The notes below the pieces were generated by a model. The model searched no databases. It was not told the origin of the DNA and was given only the letters and a program-made list of their open reading frames with translations. A stretch of DNA of 64,000 bases from Eledone cirrhosa (taxonomy: Eukaryota): positions 342,488,001-342,552,000 of the forward strand of contig OZ024743.1 of the NCBI GenBank assembly GCA_964016885.1. The letters run 5' to 3'. A program made the position numbers and the translations under genes. Positions 1-13,258 of this stretch are shown piece after piece. Numbering within the stretch: position 1 is the stretch's first letter; the number at the start of each line of letters is the position of its first letter.

Positions 1-129
1 ATATACAATATCAATACTGCAATATACATATATAATATATAAGCAGAAGGGATATTCAATTTGTTGGTAATTCAACAAATATAAATGTTTATAACTGATT
101 CAGAGCACTCGACAAGTTTTCTGGAGTAA

Positions 130-2330
130 ATATTCATAATTGAAAACCATAGTAATTGTGAAATTAATAGGAAAAGAAAATCCATAATACAATTCTTCAA
201 TAACTACAACCTTAAGTTAGAAATAGAGAATAACTATAAAATGTTTAACTTCTTAGACGTAACATTAAACCTTAGCACAGGTCTTTACTATCCTTTCCAT
301 AAAATTAATGAAAATCTAAATTATGTAAGTTTTAACTCTAATCTTCCTAGAAATATTAAGAACACTATTGTCAATAGCGTCCAACAACGGATTTCACGTA
401 TCTCTGCTAATAAAAATATTTTTGATGATAAGGCTGAATATTATAATGAAGCTTTAAATAGAGCAGGATATTCGAATAAAATTAAATACGTTGATAACAA
501 TAACATGGCAAATCACCCTAGTATTAATTATAACAATAATAAACAATTTAACTTAAACACTAAACCAAACAAAAAAAATAGAACTAGAAATATTATTTGG
601 TACTCCCCCCCCCCTCCTCATTATCTTTAAGCGTTAAAACACCTTTAGCCATTTTATTTTTTACAGCACTAGACAAATATTTTCCTAAAGCCCACTCTAT
701 TTTTAACAGATATACTATAAAACTATCCTACTCTACTACTATGAACATAGCACAAAACATAAATAGAATTAATTTAAACCCTAACGAAAATTGCAGTAAT
801 AATAATTCTAGGAATATCCAGTATAATAGTACCGTTCCGAGCAACAACAACTCCGTAAAATGTAACTGTAGAATCAAATCAAACTGCCCTTTACAAAATA
901 ATTGTTTAGTTAAAAATGTAGTTTATAAATGCACTGTTAAAACTAGAGATAATATATTTAACTATGTCGGTGCCTCTTTTACAGAATTTAAACAACACTG
1001 GAATAACCATAATCATACTTTTAAAAGCCCTGATAAAAATCTTCTACACTTTTACATCTTATATGGAACTTAAAAAGCAAGAATATAGACTTTTCAATAT
1101 CTTGGAAAACAATTTCAGAAGGCACCTTCGTACTGAAATATGGCTTTATCAAAATTCTGTAGATTGTGTATCGAAGAAACTTTTTATATAATTAACTGTC
1201 AAAACTATTAATCTCAGAACAGAATGATTTTCTTCTTGCAGACATCGCCAACATTCCACGTTCAAAACTATGTTTAATTTATAATATTCCTTAAACCTTC
1301 GAAATGATCTTATCTTCTTTAAAAATTTAAAATTTTTAATATTTTAACATGTTAATATTTATAAATGGTAATATCTCTAATATTTGTAATATTTTCACCT
1401 TTCGGCAAAAATTCCTTTAATATATATATATATTGTATATAATTTTAATTTTTAATCTTTTAATTCTTACATTATTATTTTTCTAATGACACTTTCTATA
1501 AAAAGTTTTTTAGACGTAGATTGATAATCATTAATTGAAAAATGTATCCTCTTCACGACAGTTTCTTAGATAAACACTCCTCTTTTGGTTTTTATGATTC
1601 TCAAACATTCACACATCTTTCGACTAAATTATTTAATTAATCTCACACTTCTTCAAATTCATCGATTAACAACCTAAATTATCTTTCCTTTCTCAGTGAT
1701 TATATACCTAACTCCGATAAATTAACAATATTATAATACATCTTCAACGCTGAACAAAATATTCAAATCTATCTATCTACATATAACACAAAATCAACAC
1801 CCTCGTAACTCATATTATAAACAACTAATAACTGTAAATTATCAATATCTCTTTAACAATTATTAGTATATATAGATATTTATACATATATCCTGATACA
1901 ATATTTCAATAAGATAAATACTTACAAACATAATTCTCCATATAAGTATAACATAGGTAAATATTCAAATTATTCTTCCCCAAAATTAACGTAATTTTCT
2001 TTTCTTTTCTTGTTAATTTTCTCCCTTTTTCTTTCTCTCATAACATATATCTAAATTTCCCCAACGTCTAAAATAACGGTTTTTCAATCATATACCCAAC
2101 CTCATTTACATATTCATATACATACTCATCCTAACAATTTTAAATCCATTATCCAAGGAATACTTCAACTGATAAGGTATGTTCCTTGGCTATGTCAAAA
2201 TTTATCAAACACACTTTGTATTTTATCTGATGAAAGCGTACCAAAGTTTTTGGTACCCTTGAAATATATATAATAGAATAAATATGGTTTTATAAATATA
2301 TTTTCCATTTATTTAATATCATTGTATATA
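130..2330 (+). mobile_element. Penelope-like retroelement, 5'-truncated and frameshifted (RT C-terminus, GIY-YIG endonuclease, 3' pLTR with hammerhead)
   Basis: ORF 241-630 FLDVTLNL...PFHK...YVSFNSN...YYNEALNRAGY (PLE RT thumb); ORF 597-1073 CNCRIKSNCPLQNNC...VVYKC...YVGAS..EFKQHWNNH (Cys motif plus GIY-YIG); hammerhead at 2219-2280; bases ~45-130 are an inverted piece of the same pLTR family (reverse complement of ~45513-45597). Confidence 0.9.
2219..2280 (+). ncRNA. Minimal type-I hammerhead ribozyme in PLE pLTR
   Basis: TATTTTAT-CTGATGA-AAGcGTACCAA(agttt)TTGGTACcCTT-GAAA-T(ATAT)A-TA-ATAGAATA: stem I with one G-U, core, stem II, palindromic minimal stem III. Confidence 0.85.
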
Positions 2331-2422
2331 ATATATACATATTTATATATATATATATATGACCGCCGTTATTATATATATAATATATATATTATATATA
2401 TATATATATTATATATATATAT

Positions 2423-2978
2423 ATGAAAGACGTAAAATAAGAAAATTATAAAAATTAACTTACTTACTAAAATTTCACTCCAACTAATTAGTTTCTGAAA
2501 GGGAATAAACATAGTTTCCGAATGGAACCCATGGAGAAAGCCTTTCGTCATCAGGAAGTCTATTCTCAGCTAAGTTCCCAGGCGAGGCGTGGACACGTGG
2601 AACTTATACAAAAATAATTCAGTGGATGGAAAAAAGCAAGCGTGGACTAAATTCCAAGACATTGAAAAAATCACTGCCTACTTGGTCGGTGCAAATTCAA
2701 AAGAATCAATCACGTGACATCGAGGTTAATCAGTGAGGAGTGGGGTGTTAAGAAGACAGTAGCTGAACTATTACTATGAACAGTTTTGGCAAATTGTTGC
2801 TCAACAAAATAATTTGGAGATAATTATAAAGAATTAGTATATCTACCAACATATATATACAGATGCATACCTATGCTAGCAAATATATAGGTTTTGTCTT
2901 AGTAACAAAGTTACTAAGACAAAACCTATATATTTGCTAGCATAAGTATGTATATATATGTTGGTAGATATACTAATT

Positions 2979-2981
<3 letters not shown>
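2423..2981 (-). mobile_element. ORF-less hammerhead-bearing repeat (522-bp family), ending in a snap-back hairpin
   Basis: Homologous to 34841-35521 and 40004-41590; hammerhead at 2477-2559 (minus); palindrome ~2828-2981; flanked by (TA)n. Confidence 0.85.
2477..2559 (-). ncRNA. Type-I hammerhead ribozyme (522-bp family)
   Basis: Minus strand ACTTC-CTGATGA-cGAAAGG...CCTTTCa-GAAA-CTAATTAG-TT-GGAGT. Confidence 0.85.
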
Positions 2982-3039
<58 letters not shown>

Positions 3040-3349
3040 CACGGCGGTCATGCCACAGAAAAATAGAATTTTACCTAACTACTTATTCTTCTGTATCTTA
3101 ATATTTAACGAGAAAACACGTTGTAACTCGGTATCATTGATATACAGCTGCTAGCTATTCTCGTCACTATTGACTCATCGTTCCTTTCAAGAGTGACGTC
3201 TAAATAATTGACCCTGTTAGTGTCGTAAATATTCCTTTTCGCCTCTTAACTATCCTGATTATCTTATGTAGCAAGTCTTCGAAATATCCATTGTTCGAAA
3301 TAAATACATCATATATATATATCAACAGTAACCATGCAGCCTACCCGCT

Positions 3350-6300
3350 TTAGTTTGCATAACCCCACTAGATAGGTGGACCCACAGGAAGATAGATACA
3401 AATCTGCAAGAAACAGATTGTATGTGATTGGTACTACTTGTTATAAATCCAACCGCCTGTTTAAGTTTAACATTTGTCCAACAGGTGTGCCCGTTGCACC
3501 TTATTCTAGAAATGACGCCATTCCTGTTTATACAAGAAACATACTTAAATGTATGCCCGAAATCTAGGTCTATTATCCTATCTATTCCTTCCTCAAACAA
3601 ATCCAGTTCCAAACTAGTGTATAACCCTTATTATATCTAATCTTGCCAAAGATTCAGTTGTGCATCTTATATTCCATCTCTTATTCATTCCACTATTTAT
3701 AGAATCGTATCACAGTACTTACTATATGTCTCATTAATCACTGCTAAAGCCTCATTAACTAAATAGCTACCTGTCTATTTGTACACCTACTACATTTATA
3801 TAGTACCTTAAGTAACTTTCTAATCCTACTGACAACAACTCAAACTCTCCAATTCAAGTTTAAGTCCTTTTACCAACGAGCCAATCTTCCACAACTCTAA
3901 CTTGTAGGTTTCAATTCCACTTAAGTTATAATCAATATCACCCCTTAACTCCCTAGCTAAAATCAACAGGTTGTACCATTTATAAACTACTACACAAATA
4001 GATTGTTATATTTGTGTAATGCTTTTAATTTGTTTTTTTTTAGTACTGGCTTTCTTGAAAACAGAAATCAGTGTTTTGTTTTGTTCGTGTTTTGCAGTTA
4101 CTTAGAATTAGATATACATTGATCTTAACTAAGTATTTTTGTATCCCTACAATAGGTATTTTGTCTTTGTTTTCTTGTGGTCCCTACTTCCTTCTATATG
4201 TAGTATACATAATCCTTCTATGTCAGATTGTAGGTGGTGGTTTTTGTTTGGAGTCATTATTTTTTTAGATTGGCAGTATCGGTAGAGGGTCGGACGCCAT
4301 GCTTTCCAGCATAGTTACGTCCCTTTACGATCTGAGTTCAAATCCCGCCGAGGTTGACTTTGCCTTTCATCCTTACGGGGTCGATAAAATAAGGTACCAG
4401 TAATGCACTGGGTAATTGCTGGCCTTGTGCCTAAAGTAGAAACAATTATTTTTTTGTTTTTCTGTCTAGTATTGCGTGTATATAATTTATATATAACTAT
4501 GAATTATTACTCGTACAGGTAGAGTATTAATGTATATTAGCTTATGTTTTGGGCATTCAGCTTTGTTGTAGATATTGATTTAATGCGTTTGTAATAGTCT
4601 TTACTGACTTTTGTTTCACTTATATGCCCTGTGCCTAGTTCATAGTTAACTACTTAATTTGAGTAATGCATTTCGTTTAATTCCCTAGTATCTGTTTATT
4701 TTACTAGCAAGTCATTTCGTTGTTGCATTTTAGTAATTTGATTCACATATTAAGTTATTTAGTGAATATATTTACTATATGTCACAGTGTTTCCAGTTGT
4801 TTATCCTTTACAACTTTAGATTGTTGATATACAAAAGATATTGTACTCCCATAGTATATGCGTCCGGGTCCTGTTTATTTTAATATGTTAGCAGCAGATA
4901 GAAAATGAATGGAGAATGAGAGTCTACTTGGAATATTCTTCGTCGCATTTTGATGGTATCAATCATTATAATTCCCGATATTGTGAGTATTTGCAGAATA
5001 GTTGGTCATGTACTTCTGGCGAGTATAATATATCTGTATATTACGTAATATTTGTTATGGCTAAATTGTTAAAAGCCTTCTAGTAGTCAATCTATACCGT
5101 AGTCAGACCTTTTATATTTGTTGTAAAATCTTCTGTTGAAGTTTTGTTGATCAGTAAACCGATTTGATCACCCACATGAGCATTTGTAGCATCTCTTCTG
5201 TTCATCTGGAATAAATTATCTTTTCTCAGAAGTTTCATTTATCATCTCTGATATTATTGCAGTTAAGGTGAATTAGGCTGTAGGTTATGTTTATATAGAT
5301 TTTAGGCTTTGCCGTGTCGTTAGTCTTCTCTATTAAGATAGTTTTCGCTTCAGTTATATCAGCATTCTTCAGTAACTTATTAAATATCGCTGCCAGCACC
5401 TTTAAGAGTTTTAACAAAAACTTTGAGCTTTTATCATTTCCTAATGCCTTCTAATTATTTGCTTTTTCTGATTTCTGGGTTACTTCTTGTGTTGATATGA
5501 CCTACCATAATTGTTCGGGTGCTGCACTTGTTTTCAACAATTTCTTCCTCGGTGATTTCTTTACTGTTCATACTTCCTAGATTTTTTTCACGACTATTAC
5601 TGATGTTTGTGCATTGATTTCTATTATTAATTTTACGTAGTTTTTGATCAAATGATTTTAGGTTAAATAGTAACCATTTTTCTTTTTACCATTATTGATT
5701 TTTTGCAATTTACCGAGGATGTTGTGTATCAAATACTCTTTGATTTTTTTTATTGCGTTATACTTCTGTGGTGTTTTTTGTTGTTTTTTTTGTTTTCAGT
5801 TGTGTCATTTTATTAGTGAGAGATTTGTTTTCTTTTACAGTCTACTTTGCTTTTTGTGTTTGTTTTCAATTTTATTTGCTTAAGTTTAGATATTCTAATA
5901 TGAGTAGAATACCGCTTTCCATTGTAACAATAGTGGCTGCTGCGAATATTGAAACTACAATTACATGCTGCATATATATTTTCTTATTGATGTTCGTATG
6001 TGCTTTCAGTATGTTTGCGTTGGCCAATTTCACATTTCCTATTGTAGCTGGTATTTCATTATTTAACGTTATCCATAGTAGGTACTTTATGTCATTGATT
6101 TTTTTCGTCATTCTTTTGTTATCCCCATATTTATATTATTGTCATGTTCATGATTTCTATCATTACAATTTCCTATTCTTAAATCTTGCTCATATTCCCA
6201 TTTATTCATAGGTTTTGTTACTCTGCTTTTACGTTGTTGTTGCCGTTGGTCAATATGATTTAGGTCCTCTAGTGTTTCGTTTTGTTATGTATTTATTTAC

Positions 6301-7200
6301 TAAGTTTTGTATCGTTGTAGTTAACGTTTGTATTTTCTTTTACTTTCTCTGTTTCTGTACGTTATATACGTTTCGTTTTATATATATTTTTCAAGATTTC
6401 AAGAGATCTATTTGGATTCATGATATTCTTTCAGCGTGCAAAATCTATCTTCTTAAATCAACTAATCAGTTTTACTCCAACGTTACACTTAAATCTGAGT
6501 TATTTGCTTTCCAGATTTTATATGGGAATGAAGTTGCAGTTTCGTTTGTTGCTCTTCTGTCCATTTATGTATTTCCAGTTTTATCTGCGAGGCTTGAAAA
6601 GTAACATACTTTTATTTGGGTAAGGCAATGCAGTGGTTTACTGCTATGATTGTCATAGGATTGTTATATTTGCTGTTATATTTAGGATTGTTATATTTGC
6701 ACTACCAAATAGAACTGTGTTCCTAGCGTGCATGCAGCAATTAATTTTGGCTTTGTATTTTCTATTGAATTGAAAGAGTTCTATATATGTTTGCACATAA
6801 GAGTTGTGCTATTGTTCTATGCTACGTGCATCTGTATGTCCATTGGTTTTGCTTATGTATTTCCTTTTCTTTCCTAAGCTACCAATTATTATAGTATTTC
6901 TTCCGTTTATATACTAAACAGTCTGGTTATCTCTATTCCTGGCTCTATATATGTGGCTAGTGCATCCACGAATTTTAAAACACACATTATCGTCTGTTGT
7001 GACTGACGCATCAGTTGGTGAGTATTTTTCCTGGTGGTCTTTGGTAACAATATCCGACTCTTTAATCTAGGACTACCTGCCTGTGCAGTAGAAATGTTAT
7101 TTTCGTTTGTGTTGTTCTAAGGCAGGCTTTTTTGCCAGACTCTGTAGGTGAACTAGTATTTTGGTTTGCTTGGGGCGTTTTCATTATTTATTGCTGGGCT
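3350..7200 (-). pseudogene. Heavily decayed restriction-like-endonuclease non-LTR retrotransposon (R4/Dong-like) body
   Basis: Minus-strand remnants resembling RT motifs: ALGNDK near 5440, TILIEKTNDTAKPKIYINIT (cf. TxLIPK...PxNYRPIT) in ORF 5235-5417, DLDFGHTFKY in ORF 3322-3612; many stops; interrupted by a SINE. Confidence 0.5.
4268..4450 (+). mobile_element. tRNA-derived SINE (octopus-type family), short form
   Basis: A-box-like TGGCAGTATCGG, B box GAGTTCAAATCC, conserved TTTGCCTTTCATCCTTACGGGGTCGATAAAATAA body, ATTATT tail; many copies in window. Confidence 0.9.
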
Positions 7201-8232
7201 TCAAATGATAGGTCCTTGCTAGTGTTTAACCGATAAAATGTTTTCTTACGATGTTTAATTTTTGTGTAACGCTGTTTGTTTTTTTTTAATTATGAGTCAA
7301 CTAGTGTGTTGCATTTGTATCGTGGTTGATTTCTATCGAAAGAGAAGATTTGTAGTTTGATTTTTAGTGTAGGATGGGGTGGAATTATAGAAGATGTCTT
7401 TTGTATCCATTTATGCTTCTTTTGTTTTATTTGCGAAATTTGAGCAATAAGGTTCGATACTTTATTTAAATTGACATCATTTTTGTGGGGTACTGGTTTA
7501 TTTTTTTCTGGCGAATCTGAACTTTACGCGCTCTACTGTTCCGTAATTCTCATGCATAAGTTTCAATGTAAACACGCACTTTTAATGTTTGGTTGGACAA
7601 TAAGATTTTTACTTTTAGATTTTGTCATATTTTTGTGCGTTGATACATAAAATATATTTTAGTCGAATCCCTGTTAGACGTGTCGTTAAAATTTCGTCTA
7701 CAAATGTATCTTTCGAATACGGATATCTAAGTGAGTTCAACCAGCATTAGTTAATATCCTATGAATTAATACATCCGGCTGCAGAATAGGACAAAATCAT
7801 CTTTACAGGTACATTACAGTAAAAAGACATAGTAAACTACAGGAACCAAATGCGCCCTAGTTATAGAAGGAAATCATATATTCCATTAAAACGCCCATAA
7901 AACAGCGCGTACTGTTATAATATATCTCGCCCATAAACAAGCCCTACTGTTATAATATATCTCGAAAGCTCCGAAATTAAAACCTTCTATTCAACACGAA
8001 ATCACAAAATGCAAGCAACAGAACATATTGCATACAACTAATGTAAATTACTTATTTAAATGCAAACATGAGAGCTATGAATTTCAAATTGATTCGCTAG
8101 ACAAACACGCACAATAGCAACATTCTTGCTAATTGATTATACAATTACGTCAGAGAAGCTTAAGAAGTCATTATGAAACTGAAGATGAAACAAAACACAC
8201 AGGTACAGCGCAAATAAAACCATGAAAGTTTA

Positions 8233-9030
8233 TACAGGGTGGATTAAAACAAAACTGGTTCCACTTTTATTTTTGATCAAATGTTTTATTGTTTTACAAA
8301 AGCTGATGAAACTTAGAATATATTTCGTTCAAACCATTAAATACAACAGTTAAAAAATTCATTATTTTTTTATGTTTCTGTCCAGAGTTACAACACATGT
8401 TCCAAGCAATCCCCATATGAATCTATGCATTAGACGCTTAGTGAAGTTTAGCATAACGTTTTTATAAACAGCGCTATGTATGGTTTATTTCAGAAATAGT
8501 TCTGGGTTTGTTGGCTTATACTCTTTCCTTTTATAGCCCCAAAGAAAATATCTGAGGTGCGGAGGCTTAAATCATGGCTGTGTGGAGCTCACTCAAAACC
8601 AGTCTTCAAACTGATTCCACGTTTTCCAACGATATTTGTCAATCTGTATTATGTATAGGTACTTCTTAAGGTCCTCTTTGACAACCCTTCCGCAAGTTTC
8701 ACTGGAGAAACCCAAAGATTGGTTACTCCCGTGTGGCGATTGCTTTGGGCTCTGTTGAGTAGACTCTAGGACCATGTCAATATTTTCCTGTGTACGCTTC
8801 TTGGGTCTTCCAGAGTGAGTAGGAAGGTCCTCAGACATTGAATTAAGGTTCACCCCTATTTCATAGGTCTCAAACTTCCTCACCCAGTTTTGTATATTGG
8901 CATTGAAGGGAGATTTTTCCATTCCAAAACATGCATGAAAATGCTCCTAGACCTGCTTTACGAGCCACACTGATAGTAGTGTTATATAGGGTAGCTCTGG
9001 TACTGCTCAGACGTTGTATCTGTCATATCC
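8233..9030 (-). mobile_element. Tc1/mariner DNA transposon relic
   Basis: ORF 8593-8922 IQNWVRKFE...SGRPK.RTQENIDMV..S.QQSP (mariner HTH region); WPPRSPDL-like remnant near 8560-8590; TA-CAGGGTG terminus at 8233. Confidence 0.75.
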
Positions 9031-9719
9031 TGAAATTTAATGTTAATCCATTTGTTAATATATTGTAATTAATTGGAAAGGTTTGAAGCGATGAGTGATT
9101 ATGAATATTCGTAAAATGTGAGTATTCTCAGCGCGAAAGGTAGCCGCTAGCAGCTGGATACTATTTGTATAGTAAACATCTTTTTTTTTTTTTTTAGGGG
9201 GGGGGGGGGTGATAAGATATAATCTCAAATCGAACGACGGAGAGTGCGAGAGAGAGGGAGAAAGAGAGATAAGAAATGAGAGGGTTATAGAAAGAGAGAA
9301 TGGAAGAGAGGGATGAGGTGAAAATAGGGACTAGACCGATGGAGAGAGACGTAGAGATTGATAGAAAGATGAAGGGAATAGATTAACAAGAATGTTATCT
9401 GAATCATCAGCCTCCCATCAATAATTTTCAATATAATACCACAACAGTTTCTCGCGTGAGGGAAGGACTATGTCTAGAAGTATTGATCGCGCAACAGGAA
9501 TCAGTAGGATTGAAACTGCTTATATTATGGTAAACATTTGGAAGTCGCTGCCTAAATACCTTCAAGAATGAAATTTCTGAGAATAGCTGTTCATACACTT
9601 GGAGTTATGGTCAGTGGAGGTTAGACACAATATTGATGATACGAAGAGGAGAGACGCGTAAGTTGAGGAGGCCTGAGTGGAGTTTGCACAAGATCTGCTT
9701 CCAACGATGAGCAGAGGTC

Positions 9720-10452
9720 ATGTAATAGCATATCTGTGAGGCGGATGATGTTGGTATATACACTTCCCTTGGATATACCCCAGTGTGTATGTGTGAATAG
9801 AAGCTGTACATCCCTAAATATCTGAGATTTGCATAGAATAAGTAATTTATGTGGGAAGCTTTTTAACAAAATGAAATCTATATTTACAAAGAGAAACATC
9901 AGTGTATACACAAAGGTCCTGAAAAGATACGTATGGTCCGTCCTTCTATACGGATAATCAATAAAATGGCAAGGAAACTAGACACTGCTGAAATTTGGTT
10001 CACTAAAAGAATATTAAAAATACATTGGATAGAAACGCAAACCAACGATCTTCTCCGTACTATTAAGAAAGAGGCAATTGAAATTCTTTGACCGCATAAA
10101 GAGAAGAGATGGTTTGGAGAAGCTGATTCTTTGCAAGGAAGACAAAGAACACATTTTACAGATAGCTTGAACAAATACGTCAACAAAGATAGAATGAGAA
10201 AGAGCGACCTTGTCTGGTACACTGACAACAAGAAGGACTGGACGGCCATGATCGCCAATGTCTGGAGAAGACTTGGCACCTGATGATGATACATAAAATA
10301 CATTTTGTTAAAAACATCCCACATAAATTACTTATTCTATGCAAATCTCAGATATGTACGGTAATACAGCTTCTATTCACACAGCCACGCCACACTGGGG
10401 TATATCCAAGAGAAGTCTATATACCAACCCCGCCTCACAGATATGCTATTAC
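9720..10452. repeat. ~160-bp inverted repeat pair (9720-9880 / 10293-10452) enclosing an RTE fragment
   Basis: TGTAATAGCATATCTGTGAGGCGG...AACAAAATG is the reverse complement of CATTTTGTT...CCGCCTCACAGATATGCTATTACA. Confidence 0.85.
9885..10290 (+). mobile_element. RTE-clade LINE 3' fragment
   Basis: Translated remnants KLDTAEIWFTKRILKIHW, RQLKFF, DGLEKLIL, KDWTAMIANV typical of RTE C-terminus; (TGA)n tail at ~10281-10290. Confidence 0.75.
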
Positions 10453-10549
10453 ATGTTTTCCTATGGCTAGAAAAATGACATATTCTCGTCACACACACAC
10501 AGGCACACGCACACACACAAACACCACACACACACACACACACAGAGTA

Positions 10550-10860
10550 GAGATGGAATTCCCCACTGCCACAGGCTATCAACAAACCTAAACTTCAACG
10601 GTTTGCCCTCTTCAGCCTAACGAGCAGGGAAGGCTGGGCTCTTCACCGAATCTGCCAGTTTGCCACTGGTGGTGTCGCTACATGCATCCCATATAAGGGG
10701 GCTACCATTACAGAACCGGAAGATTGTCAGGCTGTCTGGCTTTTTACCGTCTCCTCGGCCAGGCACCGCTGGTTCGAGTTGGAAGGGAAATCTGCAGTAT
10801 TCAAGCCATGCTTTATTATCTCGTTGGGAACTGTAGGACGTGGAAGGTGGCAGTGTTTCT
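10550..10860 (-). mobile_element. Decayed CRE-clade LINE endonuclease fragment
   Basis: Colinear similarity to 42440-42760 (GCCCTCTTCAGCC, GCATCCCA, CAAGCCATGCTTTA, CGTGGAAGG). Confidence 0.7.
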
Positions 10861-10989
10861 TAATTCTAAATACCATAACTATTTCCAACAAAAACCTACT
10901 ATTATAACTTTATTCATAATGACATACATCTGAAGAACTATGTTGAATATTCCTTAATGATACGTAGGCGTGTGTGCATGGTTGAGTTT

Positions 10990-11815
<826 letters not shown>

Positions 11816-12689
11816 TTAGTATACATATAGAGCGAGAGCTTAGAATGAGAGTGAGTGAGAGAGACGTACATAGTAAATGTTCAATTTGAAACTGATGACG
11901 CACACCGTCGTTACTTCTTGTATTGGATTTGATGAATTAAAACCAGGAACATTCTATGAAATAAAAGAATCTATTTTCAGACAGTTGACGAGATTGAAGC
12001 AGAAAATTACCTTGGTATTCCATAGTAGGCGTGAAACATTGATCAATCTCAGTGGCGGTGATAAATTGAACGTTTGTGAATGAAACTGATTTTTGTCGCG
12101 TCATATTTATATCGTGTTACTTCCTGCTGAAAATCACACACCAATTCATATCTATAGGGATTTTCTTTTTTTCAAAATGATTTATTTTCTTTCAAAATAA
12201 CTCCATTAAAAATGTATCGGCTAGAGTGCGCAATATGAAAGAAAAACGCTGTTTGTGCGTTCAATGATGAATATTTTAGAGAAAGGATATGGCTTATGTT
12301 TTAGAGTAATGATATGGAAATTATACAGTTTTAAAATTTCAGTTGAGTATGTGTGTCTATATGTTGTAATTATGTCTCTTCTTTTATTTATGTAGAAGGA
12401 CAAAAAAATATTTTAAAAAACGCCTGGTGGATAATAACCACTGCCTGCTATCATTCTCTGAGGACGCATATATAATTACTTCCAGACATATATTTGTCAA
12501 TGTGCGAAAATCCATGAATTTCAATCAAAAATATATATTATTATTGAAATGATTACATTGATATGGTATGGCCCCACAACTTCTCATGTAGTCGTAAGGG
12601 CGCCGTATTAACATACGGTGTTTCTAAGAAATGTTTTAAACCTGGCGAAGCCCATCCCTCTCCAAGCTTGTGTACAGAAGATTTCTTCC

Positions 12690-12890
12690 AGAGAAGTATA
12701 GGTGAGAGAGAGAAATGAGAAAGAGATACAGAGGAAATTCGACCTCACTCTGGTGCGTTTTTTATCGACCTCGAAAGAACGAAAAGCAAAGTTGACCTCG
12801 GTGGCATTTGAATTTAGATAGCGGAGAGGCGGAACGAATGCCACAAAGATTCTATCCGACGTTCTAACGACTCTGCCAATTCGCCGCCTT
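12690..12890 (-). mobile_element. SINE, older diverged relative of the same family
   Basis: TATCGACCTCGAAAGAACGAAAAGCAAAGTTGACCTCGG...TTTGAA...CTGCCAATTCGCCGCC. Confidence 0.8.
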
Positions 12891-13258
12891 AAATGATTAC
12901 ATTAGCAGAAAATAAATGTTTGTACATTATGACCCACGGCAACTTATAAAACTTAAAAGTAACTAAATGCATTCTAGATAAGAAATTATTTAAACAACTT
13001 GAATAGATATTTGAGATGTGCGCGACTGTTTCTGTTGTTACTGTTTATATCTAGGTCATCATTAACAGGGCTAGCCTGTGACCAAATGCATATCAGCTGT
13101 AATCAATAAAATTATAGATATAGACATGCGCTTACGACACTCGATTCGCAAGCACATGGACCTAGTTTTGGTCAAGTGTTTTCTACTATAACTCAGGTAG
13201 GCCATTGCTTTTGAATGGAATACTTGTGTAAAAGCCTGTCATATATATATATTTATAG

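Noticed and set aside
4268-4345. tRNA gene
   Set aside because: Only A/B-box-like SINE head; no cloverleaf; continues into the SINE body
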